Shown: one piece after another, positions 1-10,106 of the stretch
Layout of the letters: the number at the start of each line of letters is the position of its first letter
Position numbering within the stretch: position 1 is the stretch's first letter
Origin: an uncultured Clostridiaceae bacterium
GTDB lineage: Bacteria > Bacillota > Clostridia > DUPQ01
DNA length: 35,957 nucleotides
NCBI GenBank assembly: GCA_964475455.1
Contig: CAYYXJ010000006.1
Span: 1 to 35,957 of the forward strand
Reading direction: 5' to 3'
Translations under genes and position numbers: made by a program
Notes under the pieces: generated by a model
Told to the model about the DNA's origin: nothing
The model's database searches: none
The model's input: the letters and a program-made list of their open reading frames with translations, nothing else

Positions 1-718
1 ATGTCGAGATATTCAAGGGGAGACCTGCATTGCATTGACACATTTTCATCCCTTTATATAAACCACCGCAGGGGTCCTGCCACCCTCCTCTTGTCCCAAG
101 AAACTGCTCTGTTTCAAAGACTTTATTCACCACATCACAATCATCAGAATCATACCCAAAAAGTCTGTAAAGCCCTTTAATAATAGCAGCTGCAAGAATG
201 GAACTGGTTCCCAGGCCTGATCCAAGAGGTAGTCTTGACTCCGTTGTTATCCGTACTCCACCCTTTACCCCGCATACATCACATCCAGCCTTATGAAGTC
301 CGAAATAATCATCCTCCTCACAAACTTTCAAATCCGAAACTGAATCAACAAAACACTTTTCTTCCCCCGGCACAATTTCAAACTCAAATCCTGCTCTGTT
401 AATGGAAGAAACAACTGCCCTGATTGGATATTTGCCATTGCATAAAACAGGTGCATTGATAACAGCACCTCCATTTTCGTAACAATAGGGAGGTATATCT
501 GTAAAAACCCCGCCAAAATTAACCCGGGCCACAATATCAACAGTAATTTTGGTGTTATTTCGGGGAGTAAGTTCAAAAAGCTCTTTTTTACCTGATTTTG
601 AAATATATTTACGGATTACTTCATAAGCCATGGCTCTGAAATTTTCCTCACCACTATCCTTCCACTTTTTAATCAAACGCCTGGGCTCATCATTAAAATT
701 ATTTCTGTCATTTATCAT
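1..718 (-). CDS. GHMP-family sugar kinase (fucokinase / heptose-7-phosphate-kinase-like), N-terminal 239 aa only; ORF runs off the left window edge
   Basis: Absent from the ORF track because it has no stop in the window. My translation of the reverse strand from ATG 718-716 stays open to position 2: MINDRNNF...ARVNFGGVFTDIPPYCYENGGAVINAPV...ESRLPLGSGLGTSSILAAAIIKGL...EQFLGTRGGWQDPCGG. PxGSGLGxSS is GHMP motif II. The GG-x-x-D-x-PPY and GGWQD blocks are typical of the fucokinase/HddA branch. Confidence 0.75.
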   Translation of the reverse strand, partial: MINDRNNFNDEPRRLIKKWKDSGEENFRAMAYEVIRKYISKSGKKELFELTPRNNTKITVDIVARVNFGGVFTDIPPYCYENGGAVINAPVLCNGKYPIRAVVSSINRAGFEFEIVPGEEKCFVDSVSDLKVCEEDDYFGLHKAGCDVCGVKGGVRITTESRLPLGSGLGTSSILAAAIIKGLYRLFGYDSDDCDVVNKVFETEQFLGTRGGWQDPCGGLYKGMKMCQCNAGLPLNIST

Positions 719-743
719 AGTCACTCTTTTACATTCCAGTTTA

Positions 744-1631
744 CTACCGGGAGTATTTATCCTTCCAAATCGATAGATCCAGTCCTGTTATATGCTGGAG
801 CTTTAGAACATCCTCTTTATATGCCTCAAATATTTCCCTGCATAGAATTGGATTCTTCTCCGATTTCAAATGCTCACCTTTTGAGTATACTATCTTATTG
901 GCTTTTTCAAGGAATTTTATTCGTAATTTTGTAGGTATTGCTGTTTTTATTCTTTGCGGTACTATTCCAATCAGCTTTCTTAGCATAACCGTCGAACGGG
1001 ATTGCTTGCTGATTATGGTTTTATTCTTCCATACGTCAATCTTAATCCCGGGTTCAAATTCAAGATTGAGAAACCTAAAAATACTTGACACGGTACCAAA
1101 AGTATCATTTATAAAATCATCAAAGAGCACAAAAATAAGATTCTCCACAGGATACCTTTCAATAAACCATGAAACCTGTCTTCCGTAAAGACCATGGGAA
1201 AAATACTCTGATGTGTCAGGGTTCTTTTTAAACAACTCATAATCCCTGTGAAAAACATTGGCTATTTCTGTTTCGGATTCTGATGCATTTTTTCGCTTCA
1301 TGTAGAATTGTGAATAAAATCGGTCTACCGGATTCCTAAGCATAATAATTATTTTTATATCACTTCCCAGGGTATCGAGCATTCGCTGTACATATGCTTC
1401 GTTGGTCATATAGAGAACCGTAAAATCCATGATATATTTTTCTTCAGATGCCCCTTTATACAGTTTGCTATAAGCTTTTAGCCCTTTGTCAAAATACCTG
1501 TTGAAAAACATAGGTTCCTTTATACCGCAGTTATATATTTCGCTATGCTGTTTCAGGATGGAATACAGACTGGTTGTTCCGGCCTTTTCTGCTCCCGGAC
1601 ATATCAGGTTTGGTAATCTTTCCTTCATCAT
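744..1631 (-). CDS. PAPS-type sulfotransferase (canonical Sulfotransfer_1/3-like)
   Basis: ORF 744..1685 carries a 5'-PSB loop CPGAEKAGTTSL and a 3'-PB element RNPVDRFYS. I moved the start to ATG 1631 (MMKERLPNLI), which lies just after the TAG stop (1638-1636) of the upstream gene and is preceded by AGGAAG. The track start at 1685 is a TTG 50 nt inside the upstream gene. Confidence 0.8.
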   Translation of the reverse strand: MMKERLPNLICPGAEKAGTTSLYSILKQHSEIYNCGIKEPMFFNRYFDKGLKAYSKLYKGASEEKYIMDFTVLYMTNEAYVQRMLDTLGSDIKIIIMLRNPVDRFYSQFYMKRKNASESETEIANVFHRDYELFKKNPDTSEYFSHGLYGRQVSWFIERYPVENLIFVLFDDFINDTFGTVSSIFRFLNLEFEPGIKIDVWKNKTIISKQSRSTVMLRKLIGIVPQRIKTAIPTKLRIKFLEKANKIVYSKGEHLKSEKNPILCREIFEAYKEDVLKLQHITGLDLSIWKDKYSR

Positions 1632-1635
1632 CTTC

Positions 1636-2520
1636 CTATTTTCTTTTTTTCCATACATCAAAATTTCTACCGGTGATTTTTTCAAGTAATTTTGTGTCCT
1701 CTGCTATTATTCCTTTTACATCATCTGATATAGAAATTTCCTTATAATAATCAATAGCCTTGTAATTTCCAATTTTCCTTTTTAATCGACCGGCAATTTT
1801 CTTGATGAATCCCGCTCTCCAATTTCTTTTTCTGATATACGGAAGGCTCTTCACCTTATTGCTTAATTTATCGATGCCAATATGTCTTGAAGCAATTATT
1901 GTTGGATTGGTATTAACATTTAAATCAAAATCAAAATCAGGATCTATTCCCAAAAAGCAGCAAACATCCCTGATTGAGGAAGTCATATCCACAATGAATT
2001 CTTCAAGCACAATAATCTTGATGTTTGCAACAGGAAACCTGTCGATATAATTCTTGATTGCTTCTCCATATAGACTGCTTTTAATATAATTGAACCCATG
2101 CGGGTGCCCATAGATTTCCAGTGACCTGGATTGTCTGTCCTCAATATTCCTATTAAAAGAATCATCCCATGAAAGGTTTTCATGAAGCAGCCTTTTTTCC
2201 ATGAAGTAATGGGATTTTAGTCTTCTAACAGGCTCCCTGACCATAAAAATGAATTTAACATCATCCCCCGACAATGACTCTATCCTCTCAGGTATAGAAT
2301 CATCAACTGCATATGCCGGTGAAAAGTCCACTGCTAAATTGCAGGAATCTTGTATCCCAAGTTTTTTCTTATAAAATTCAATATCCTTTTTATAATCAAG
2401 CAAAAAATAATTAATTTCCTTTGAATATGGCCTGCAAACTTCCGGATGCTGTATAAGTAAGTTGAATAAGGTCGAAGTTCCACATCTTGTAAATCCCGGA
2501 CATATAACATATCTGCTCAT
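1636..2520 (-). CDS. PAPS-type sulfotransferase, second canonical copy
   Basis: 5'-PSB-like CPGFTRCGTSTL and 3'-PB REPVRRLKS. ATGA start/stop overlap with the upstream GT2 gene. Confidence 0.75.
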   Translation of the reverse strand: MSRYVICPGFTRCGTSTLFNLLIQHPEVCRPYSKEINYFLLDYKKDIEFYKKKLGIQDSCNLAVDFSPAYAVDDSIPERIESLSGDDVKFIFMVREPVRRLKSHYFMEKRLLHENLSWDDSFNRNIEDRQSRSLEIYGHPHGFNYIKSSLYGEAIKNYIDRFPVANIKIIVLEEFIVDMTSSIRDVCCFLGIDPDFDFDLNVNTNPTIIASRHIGIDKLSNKVKSLPYIRKRNWRAGFIKKIAGRLKRKIGNYKAIDYYKEISISDDVKGIIAEDTKLLEKITGRNFDVWKKRK

Positions 2521-3557
2521 TTATTTAACCTTGCTTCCTTAAAAACTGAATATAAATGAATCGGCAGTAAAATTACTGGCAATGTAATCCTGTTGAAAAA
2601 ATAAATGGACCGAACAAAAGTCATGGTTCTTTTTTTAATTTTATCTGTGTTTACCTTTCCTGATTCAAGCATGTTTTTTACCATATCAGCCAGAACAAGG
2701 GTTTTCTCAATTCTCTCCCCTAAGGGGATTTTTTCTGTGGAAGTTACTTCCCTGTAACATGAAAAAGCCAGAGCTCTGAATTCCCACTGTTTTATTGCCG
2801 ATTCTATTACTCCTTCAGGCAGCCTGCTTTTTACAAGAACCCTCATTTTTTCATTGACAACCTTCCCTACGGTATCAACTGAATTCGGATCTCTTCTTGA
2901 TGACAGACTTGATGAGTACTTAACATAATTATATAGGGGCAGTCTGATATAACTGACATGGTTGCAATAAAGTAAATATTCCATATTAAAGACAATATCA
3001 CTATTGACTATGGCTTTTTCAGAAAATTCAATTTTATTCCCGGAAATAATTTTTGTCTTATACAACTTGCTCCAGCATGCAGAAAGAATATTATATTCAG
3101 CAAGAAACGCCATCAACTTATCTGAACTGCCCTCTTCATTCAATAATGCCGGTTCAAAATCCTCCAGATATCTCTCCAACCCTTTGTTCCCTGAAATTTC
3201 CTTACAACCGCAAACCGCAAGGTCCGCCCCTTTCGATTCCAAAGTTTCCTTTAATTTCATTAGATAATCAATTTCACACCAATCATCAGCATCAATAAAT
3301 GTGGCATATTCACCGGTCATTTGGGAAATAGCTGAATTCCTGGCTGTACTTACATTGCCGTGTTCCATCTGCAATACAATTATCCTGGAATCCAAATTGC
3401 TGTAGTTTTTCAGGATTCTCACCGAATCATCAGTAGACCCGTCGTCGACTGCTATAACTTCAAATTCCCTGTATGTTTGGTTCAAAAGACTTTCAATACA
3501 TCTCTCCAAATATTTTTCTGCGTTATAGACCGGAAGTATTATACTGATTTTTTTCAT
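2517..3557 (-). CDS. Family 2 glycosyltransferase (GT-A fold)
   Basis: ISIILPVYNAEKYLERCIESLLNQTY, VIAVDDGSTDDS and FIDADD (DxD) motifs. TAATG overlap with the upstream gene. Confidence 0.85.
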   Translation of the reverse strand: MKKISIILPVYNAEKYLERCIESLLNQTYREFEVIAVDDGSTDDSVRILKNYSNLDSRIIVLQMEHGNVSTARNSAISQMTGEYATFIDADDWCEIDYLMKLKETLESKGADLAVCGCKEISGNKGLERYLEDFEPALLNEEGSSDKLMAFLAEYNILSACWSKLYKTKIISGNKIEFSEKAIVNSDIVFNMEYLLYCNHVSYIRLPLYNYVKYSSSLSSRRDPNSVDTVGKVVNEKMRVLVKSRLPEGVIESAIKQWEFRALAFSCYREVTSTEKIPLGERIEKTLVLADMVKNMLESGKVNTDKIKKRTMTFVRSIYFFNRITLPVILLPIHLYSVFKEARLNK

Positions 3558-4651
3558 TATGTTCCAAACCTCTCATTTGTTAGCATGGTATACAATTCCT
3601 TCAGTTTATCCATATAAGTATTCTTGTCATATTTTTCATCAATGAACCTTTTTGCAGCCAGTGATATCCCGTCAATCAGTTTTTTATTTCTCACCAAATA
3701 CTCAAGTTTTCTGACGAAAGCCTTATAGTCACCGGATTCGCAGGTCCATCCATTGACACCGTCTTCAATGATTTCAGGGATAGCCCCTGTTGCCATAGCC
3801 AATATCGGTGTTCCAACCGACATAGCCTCAAGAACAGTCAGAGGGAGCCCTTCATACCTGGATGGCAAAATAAGCAAATCAAAGGACTTCATCCATTCAT
3901 AAGGATTTTCACAATAACCTTCAAATTTAATATTCAACCCGTTGGATAGCTCAATCAGCATATCTTTCATACTGCCTTTTCCCACTACATGTATCATAGT
4001 ATGTTCCCACAGGGTTGATTTTTGTAACTTAAGTTCACTTAAGAAAGCATCAAGGCCCTTCTGGTATTCAAGCCGACCGATGAATCCGATTCTGAATTTA
4101 TCTTTGTCACTGAAAACAACTCCTTCGCCCGCTCTGCTATTATTGAATTTCACATCTGTAAAGTTATCCATGACAATGACACCTTTTATCCTATTGAAGT
4201 AAGGTGCATGCTTCATATAATAATCTCGTGTAAGTCCTGAACAAAAAATGTTTGCCGAATATCTGGTTCTGAAAATACTGTCCACGAGTTTATGCAGACC
4301 CGTTTTTTTTAAGTACGGATAAGAATTATGTATATGAGATACTATAATAGGTTTCTTCTTTAACCCGGGAACAGCAATATATGATATAAGGGAAGCCTTG
4401 TTATCGTGTGCATGGATAATATCAGGTTTATAATCATCTGCAATTTTTCTGATTATCCCGGATTTCAAGGAAGACAAAGCAACATATTCAACACCCATCT
4501 CTTCAAGAGTTTTTCTAATGGGTCCGTCCGGTGAAGTATAAATAATGTCAAACCCCTCTTGAGTCAGGTTTTTACATATTTCAACTGCAATTTTTTCTGC
4601 GCCCCATAGATTATTCGAACCCAGCACATGTATTATCCTAATTTTTCTCAT
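3557..4651 (-). CDS. Family 4 (GT-B) glycosyltransferase
   Basis: C-terminal EGLPLTVLEAMSVGTPILA block (E-x7-E region) and N-terminal MRKIRIIHV...GAEK typical of GT4. Confidence 0.8.
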   Translation of the reverse strand: MRKIRIIHVLGSNNLWGAEKIAVEICKNLTQEGFDIIYTSPDGPIRKTLEEMGVEYVALSSLKSGIIRKIADDYKPDIIHAHDNKASLISYIAVPGLKKKPIIVSHIHNSYPYLKKTGLHKLVDSIFRTRYSANIFCSGLTRDYYMKHAPYFNRIKGVIVMDNFTDVKFNNSRAGEGVVFSDKDKFRIGFIGRLEYQKGLDAFLSELKLQKSTLWEHTMIHVVGKGSMKDMLIELSNGLNIKFEGYCENPYEWMKSFDLLILPSRYEGLPLTVLEAMSVGTPILAMATGAIPEIIEDGVNGWTCESGDYKAFVRKLEYLVRNKKLIDGISLAAKRFIDEKYDKNTYMDKLKELYTMLTNERFGT

Positions 4652-5777
4652 CCAAACACCTATTATATAGTCTCAACATTTCCTTAACCAACTGGCTTTT
4701 TTCATACTCAGGAACTTTATCCCTATTGAAAGTTCCCATAATTTGCCTTTTATCAGAATCATCAATTAACTTAACAATTTCATTACGAAATTCATTGGCA
4801 TCGTCAAATGGAACAAGGCAGCCACCCTTTCCATCGGCAATAAGATCCCTGTTACCGCGTATATTAAAACAAACAATGGGAAGCCCCGTTGCCATTGCTT
4901 CGATAATATTTACCGGAAGCCCTTCCTGTCTTGATGCTGATACATATATATCCGAATTTTTCATCAGCCTCTTTATATCAGTACGGAATCCGAGAAAATG
5001 AACTTTATCCAAAATCCCCTTTTTAAAAGCAATTTCTTTATATTTATCCGTGTAAGAACCTTCTCCCGCAAGAATCAGATGAACCTTTGTTTCAGTATTC
5101 AGATCAGCAACCAACCTTATCAAAAAGTCCTGATGCTTTCTATAACTCATTTCGCCTGCAAACACTAAAACAATGCTGTCATTGGGTATATTCAGTTCAT
5201 TTCTAAATGCCATTCCATCGGGATCCGAGTAATTTATAAACTGCTCTGTGTCAATTCCAACCCCGTTCATTTTTTCCACCCACCTGCATTTAAAAGTTTT
5301 TGCACGATGATAATCCTCATCATTTATAGTAATTATCAAATCCGTGAGCTTTGCCAGAATTCTCTCAGCCGGATAATAAAACATCCAGTTTACTGCTGAA
5401 GCACCATCGAAAAAGTGAAAACCATGTGCGGTGTAAATAACCTTACTTCCTTTTTTCCTTGCTTTTCCGGCAGCAAGCCTGGCCAATGCTCCGCCTATGG
5501 GGGTATGGCAATGTATAATGTCATAATTCCCTGAATCAATGATTTTCTTTAATTTAAAATATGCTTTTATATTTCGGGGATGAATAGGTATTCTATGAAA
5601 TGAAACATCAAAGAAAACATCACACCCGGGAATAACACAATCTTCCTTATCTTTATAGTCATTTGATGCACAGACATTGACTTCATATCCTTTTGCTTTC
5701 AACTCAATAAAAAACGGAATATGAAATAAATTTATATGAAGTTTTACCTTGGATGCCACATACAGTACCTTTTTCAT
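4638..5777 (-). CDS. Family 4 (GT-B) glycosyltransferase
   Basis: EGLPVNIIEAMATGLPIVC block. Start placed at ATG 5777 (MKKVLYVASK) rather than 5819, because the extra 14 codons overlap a promoter-like TGgTATATA element. Confidence 0.8.
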   Translation of the reverse strand: MKKVLYVASKVKLHINLFHIPFFIELKAKGYEVNVCASNDYKDKEDCVIPGCDVFFDVSFHRIPIHPRNIKAYFKLKKIIDSGNYDIIHCHTPIGGALARLAAGKARKKGSKVIYTAHGFHFFDGASAVNWMFYYPAERILAKLTDLIITINDEDYHRAKTFKCRWVEKMNGVGIDTEQFINYSDPDGMAFRNELNIPNDSIVLVFAGEMSYRKHQDFLIRLVADLNTETKVHLILAGEGSYTDKYKEIAFKKGILDKVHFLGFRTDIKRLMKNSDIYVSASRQEGLPVNIIEAMATGLPIVCFNIRGNRDLIADGKGGCLVPFDDANEFRNEIVKLIDDSDKRQIMGTFNRDKVPEYEKSQLVKEMLRLYNRCLDEKN

Positions 5778-5809
5778 ATTGTTGCAATCCTTTTCTATAC
5801 AAAACATAT

Positions 5810-5818
5810 TATATACCA
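5810..5818 (-). promoter_or_regulatory. Extended -10-like element (TGgTATATA) in the 80-nt gap upstream of GT4 gene 4638..5777
   Basis: The reverse strand reads aaTGgTATATAat about 35 nt upstream of ATG 5777. No good -35. Motif only. Confidence 0.3.
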
Positions 5819-5899
5819 TTCATCCGGATTAGTTTTCTGATACAAAAAACCTTATCAGCATCAACCTTAAATATTCCCGGTTTCACCAGGTCTTTTTTG

Positions 5900-6409
5900 T
5901 TAAGTTGAACTATTATTAATACTTCTTCGAACGCCGATATAAATAGTGAGCAAAATCATAAAATAAGCCAGAACCATCCCAAGGCTGTCAAAAATTATGT
6001 CCTTTAGCTGAAAACCTCTTCCATCAACAAAAATCTGAATGGTCTCATCAGCCATTATAATAATAAAACCGTACAAGAAGGCATAAGCCGGGAAATTTAA
6101 TATTCTTTTAAAAGATTGCAAGGCCCTGCTGACCAGGATATAAAGGACGAAAAATTCAAAAATATGTGCAGCATTTCTTATGTCGTCCACTAAATTGACT
6201 TCTATGTATCTCATCATACGTGTAGGAGTCACATCGCCATAAATGGTCTTGGTAATTTTAATGAATATTTCTACAAAAACTCCTGATTGCTCAAGTGATT
6301 CGGTGGCTGTTTGAAGAGAATTATAAAAAATAAACCCGGTCCAAAGTATCCCGGCCAGTATGAATGCAATATCAATTATTTTATTTAAGCTTTGTTTTTT
6401 CCTTTTCAT
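5900..6409 (-). CDS. VanZ-like family membrane protein
   Basis: Four hydrophobic segments and the VanZ-type block ADETIQIFVDGRGFQLKDIIFDSLG (DE..Q....R......D...G). ATGA overlap with the wzx stop. Confidence 0.65.
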   Translation of the reverse strand: MKRKKQSLNKIIDIAFILAGILWTGFIFYNSLQTATESLEQSGVFVEIFIKITKTIYGDVTPTRMMRYIEVNLVDDIRNAAHIFEFFVLYILVSRALQSFKRILNFPAYAFLYGFIIIMADETIQIFVDGRGFQLKDIIFDSLGMVLAYFMILLTIYIGVRRSINNSST

Positions 6410-7902
6410 TGAAACTCCTTGTTTATTTCCTGATTATAACCAATGCTACCCCTGTTCAGTATGTCCCATTTTTTCTTTAGATATTTAAAATATATTCCAA
6501 AATAAATCAAAAGCCATAACACCCCGAATATAATGGATTCCGCAATCTGTCCCAGCAATAAATCCAATTTAATATATCTCCCCAGCAAAAAGAATATGGC
6601 TCCGAAAGCAATATTGACAACACTGATATAACCCATGCTTTTCCAAGGAAATATCACCTTGAATTCACTTCCGGTTAACCTGACGGTGGCTCCAAGCTGA
6701 AAAAGAGCAAATATTGCGAATGATATCAAAGTTGCTATGGCAGGTCCAACGAACCCTAATAATGAATACAAAGCAAGACTTATTACAATATTCGCACCAA
6801 TTGACAACAATGTACTGTAAAAAATGTATTTTGTTTTTCCCATGGAATTTATAATTATATTAAATGTAGTAACATTCAATATAAGAATTAAACTGTAAAT
6901 TCTGAACACTGTAACACCGGGGAGATATTTGGGTGAATATAATATTGAAATAATCTCAGGGGCATAAACAATCAAAGCTACCGTAAAAAAGCACATGAAT
7001 ATATATGATAATTTTATTGATTCTCCCCATAATTCAATAGCCTTGCCTTTTCTTTTTTCCTTGATCAACAGTATTATCCTTGGAAGTAATGCAGATGCAA
7101 TTGAAATTCCCACAAGATTCAAAGGCAGTTCCCTGGCTGCATTTGTATATATTGCAAGGTTTTCTGTGGAAAAAAATCTACCGATAATAAGTTTGTCTAT
7201 ATTTTTATTAATGCTGCCCAGGGTCGAAGACAAACCAATTGGAATTGAATATTTAAGCATGTTCAACATGAGTTTGGAATTAAAGTTCATTACAAATCCA
7301 CCGGAAACATAGGAGGCGATAAAATATACAATCAATGCGAAAACAGCTTCGATGACAATGAACATTATCATATAAACATAAAAATCAAGCTGCAGTATCA
7401 GGGTAATTGCAACAGCAATAAGAATCAGCAAACTGTGGGATACTTTGTAAAATATCAGCCATGTAGTCTTATTGTAAACAATAAGTATGCTTGTTATTGA
7501 ATTAAATACTGTCCTGGCCCATGGAAACAGCGCAATTATCAGTATAATCTTTCCCAGCATTGGATTTGAAAAATAATTTATAAGAAAAGGCTTCATCACC
7601 AGAATTATTATGCCTGTCAAAACCCCGAGGACTGTCGTGGAAAGCAGATTCATATAAAGAAACTGCCGCTTATCCAGATCAGTGGTTCCCCTTGTGAGAA
7701 AATATGAAATACTCGCAGGGATACCAAGCATTGCAAGGGGAGCAACAATCTCTGCGATTATATAAATCTGTGAATATGTACCGTACTCTCCCAAAGTTCT
7801 GAATCGTGAAAGAAGCATGGCAGAAATCATACCTATCAAAAGGGAACTCATCTGAGAAATTGTCAGTTTAAGGCTGTCTTTACCTATGTTTCCTCTATCC
7901 AT
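6406..7902 (-). CDS. wzx: Wzx-type oligosaccharide flippase (MOP superfamily polysaccharide biosynthesis protein)
   Basis: 498 aa, roughly 12-14 hydrophobic segments and no soluble domain. The N-terminal pattern LLIGMISAMLLSRFRTLGEYGTYS is typical of polysaccharide flippases. Confidence 0.75.
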   Translation of the reverse strand: MDRGNIGKDSLKLTISQMSSLLIGMISAMLLSRFRTLGEYGTYSQIYIIAEIVAPLAMLGIPASISYFLTRGTTDLDKRQFLYMNLLSTTVLGVLTGIIILVMKPFLINYFSNPMLGKIILIIALFPWARTVFNSITSILIVYNKTTWLIFYKVSHSLLILIAVAITLILQLDFYVYMIMFIVIEAVFALIVYFIASYVSGGFVMNFNSKLMLNMLKYSIPIGLSSTLGSINKNIDKLIIGRFFSTENLAIYTNAARELPLNLVGISIASALLPRIILLIKEKRKGKAIELWGESIKLSYIFMCFFTVALIVYAPEIISILYSPKYLPGVTVFRIYSLILILNVTTFNIIINSMGKTKYIFYSTLLSIGANIVISLALYSLLGFVGPAIATLISFAIFALFQLGATVRLTGSEFKVIFPWKSMGYISVVNIAFGAIFFLLGRYIKLDLLLGQIAESIIFGVLWLLIYFGIYFKYLKKKWDILNRGSIGYNQEINKEFQ

Positions 7903-7903
7903 T

Positions 7904-9016
7904 TCAATCCTTCATTCCTATATAAAGCTCTTCAAGCTTACTTGCTTCATTTTTAATATCAAATCCTTTTATTTTCAACTTTTCTAATGCTGAGCATCTC
8001 TCATAGGGAGTTTTCAGTACTTTTTGTATTTCATCCGCCCAATTCCCAGCACTTGATTCCAGTTTTAATATCTTTAATAAGTCTGCAGGATTTGATTCCT
8101 CTGTCAGATTATCTGAAACGATGCATCTAAGACCGGAGGCCTGTGCTTCAATTAAAACCAATGGCAATCCTTCATTAAAAGAGGTAAGGACAAACAAGTC
8201 AAAGACCTGATAAAGGCTGACAACATCATCCCGGCATCCCAAAAAGAGAACCTTGTCCTCAATATTCAGGCTCTTAGCTTTTTCCCTCACGGATTCCATC
8301 AGTCTGCCTTGACCCACGAGAACAAGCTTTGCCTCGGGAACCACTTCCAATAGTCTATTGAATACTTCAATCATAAATCCATGGTTCTTGAAAGGAAGGA
8401 AGTTCCCTACATTTCCCAGCACAACATTATCTTTAAGCCCTAAACTTTTTCTGACTTTTAGACGCTCATCCGGATTGTATTCAAATGCCTCAATATCTAT
8501 GGCATTATTTATCACTGTAACTTTTCCTTTTTCACTTTTCTTTATACCATAAAGGATGTCTCCGGCTATCTTTGAACAGGCAAAATAATGTGTTGATATC
8601 AGATTCAAAAATCCAATGATACTTTTACTAAAAAACTTCAAAACCGGATTATGTGGTAAATAAGAATTGTGACTGTGCGATATCCTGATCTTTGCACCAC
8701 TCAATAAAGCCGTAAAAAGTATTAATACATTTCTGAAATTCATATGACTGTGCACTATTCTATATCTGTTCTTTCTAATTATCTTACTTAATCTAACATA
8801 GAATTTAAAACTATCTGTCAGGGCACCTATCTTGTGAATCTTCCCTCCCAAAGATATTATTTCATCATCAAAAACATCCTGTTCAGATGCTTCTACAGCA
8901 AAATCAAACTGAACTCTGGACCTGTCAATATTCCTGTAATAATTCATAAGCATCACAGGCACTCCACTCCGGTTCATACCCATAAATACATGTAAAACCC
9001 TGATAGGTTCATTCAT
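7904..9016 (-). CDS. Family 4 (GT-B) glycosyltransferase
   Basis: EGLPLVLIEAQASGLRCIVSD block. The start overlaps the upstream stop by 8 nt, with a GGAGG 9 nt upstream. Confidence 0.8.
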   Translation of the reverse strand: MNEPIRVLHVFMGMNRSGVPVMLMNYYRNIDRSRVQFDFAVEASEQDVFDDEIISLGGKIHKIGALTDSFKFYVRLSKIIRKNRYRIVHSHMNFRNVLILFTALLSGAKIRISHSHNSYLPHNPVLKFFSKSIIGFLNLISTHYFACSKIAGDILYGIKKSEKGKVTVINNAIDIEAFEYNPDERLKVRKSLGLKDNVVLGNVGNFLPFKNHGFMIEVFNRLLEVVPEAKLVLVGQGRLMESVREKAKSLNIEDKVLFLGCRDDVVSLYQVFDLFVLTSFNEGLPLVLIEAQASGLRCIVSDNLTEESNPADLLKILKLESSAGNWADEIQKVLKTPYERCSALEKLKIKGFDIKNEASKLEELYIGMKD

Positions 9017-10085
9017 TTACCTGAACCTCCTCGACAAGTTTTGACCAGCTCATGACAACTGTTTTGGAATCATATTTTAACAAAGTTTCATATGCGCTTC
9101 TCCCCAGGTTATTTCGCATAACCGGATTATCTATCATATCCATCATTGCAACCTTCATCTGATCCACATCATTAACCCTGACAATATATGCATTATCATT
9201 ATTTACTATCCCCTCATGCCCAGGTAAATCAGTCGTGATGCATGGCATTCCAATAGCCATAGCTTCCATCAATGCATTGGATTGCCCTTCATAATCTGAG
9301 GATAAAACAAAAGTCTCGCATTCCAGTATTTTTGTATGTATACCATTTACAATTCCGGGCAAAAATACTTTTTCAGAAATACTAAGTCTGTTTATTAAAT
9401 TTTCTAAATCTTTTCTAAGCGGTCCTTCCCCATAAATGTAAAGTCTGTATTCGGGGTATTTTTTTAACAGCTCTGCAAAAGCCTTTATCAGCATGCTTTG
9501 ATTTTTCTGGGGAGCAAGCCTTCCAACATTAACAAATGCTTTTTCAATAACTTCAGGTTTCTTCAAATCATATGGACCTATGGGATTGGGAATCACTATA
9601 CTCTTATCCCTGATTTTGCCGTTGAAAATATTCCTGGCATATTCAGACTGAAATACCACGGCATCTGCCATGGGATATAAAACGCGGGTTGCCATTCGGG
9701 TTAAAAAGCCCCTTCCGTCTCTTTTGGGATCATTTCTTTCAGATACTATGACCGGCAGCCCGGTTATCAGATTTGCCACCAATGCGACAGTATTCACTCT
9801 GGCTATAAATGATATTACAACAGCTTCACTCTTTTTTGATTTTTTGAATTCACGGACCAACGCAATAATCCAGTAAGGAATTTTCAAAAACCTGAACTTG
9901 TCTTTCTTAGACAAATTAACAATTTGTATAGAGCTGTTGATTTCATATTCTTGTTGCCCTGAAAGCAATGTTATTATTTTAACCTTATTGTCGCAGGAAA
10001 AACTATTGGCCAGAATAGAGATGACTCTCTCTCCTCCGCCTTTATCCAACTTTCCTGATATAAATATAATTTCCCTGTTTTTCAT
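9009..10085 (-). CDS. Family 4 (GT-B) glycosyltransferase
   Basis: N-terminal FISGKLDKGGGERV and C-terminal EGQSNALMEAMAIGMPCITTD. Confidence 0.8.
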   Translation of the reverse strand: MKNREIIFISGKLDKGGGERVISILANSFSCDNKVKIITLLSGQQEYEINSSIQIVNLSKKDKFRFLKIPYWIIALVREFKKSKKSEAVVISFIARVNTVALVANLITGLPVIVSERNDPKRDGRGFLTRMATRVLYPMADAVVFQSEYARNIFNGKIRDKSIVIPNPIGPYDLKKPEVIEKAFVNVGRLAPQKNQSMLIKAFAELLKKYPEYRLYIYGEGPLRKDLENLINRLSISEKVFLPGIVNGIHTKILECETFVLSSDYEGQSNALMEAMAIGMPCITTDLPGHEGIVNNDNAYIVRVNDVDQMKVAMMDMIDNPVMRNNLGRSAYETLLKYDSKTVVMSWSKLVEEVQVNE

Positions 10086-10106
10086 TTCAATCCAACAATT
10101 CTGTTT

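Noticed and set aside
328-576. 82-aa minus-strand ORF from the track
   Set aside because: It lies entirely inside, and out of frame with, the well-supported GHMP kinase reading frame (1..718). It is hydrophobic, low-complexity and has no RBS.
5876-5900. Hairpin plus T-run (CCCGGTTTCACCAGG TCTTTTTTG) that reads like a plus-strand terminator
   Set aside because: No plus-strand gene ends here. On the plus strand the stem contains a C:A mismatch. On the minus strand the stem is better (a G:U pair instead) but it is followed only by AATATTT. It is too weak to call.
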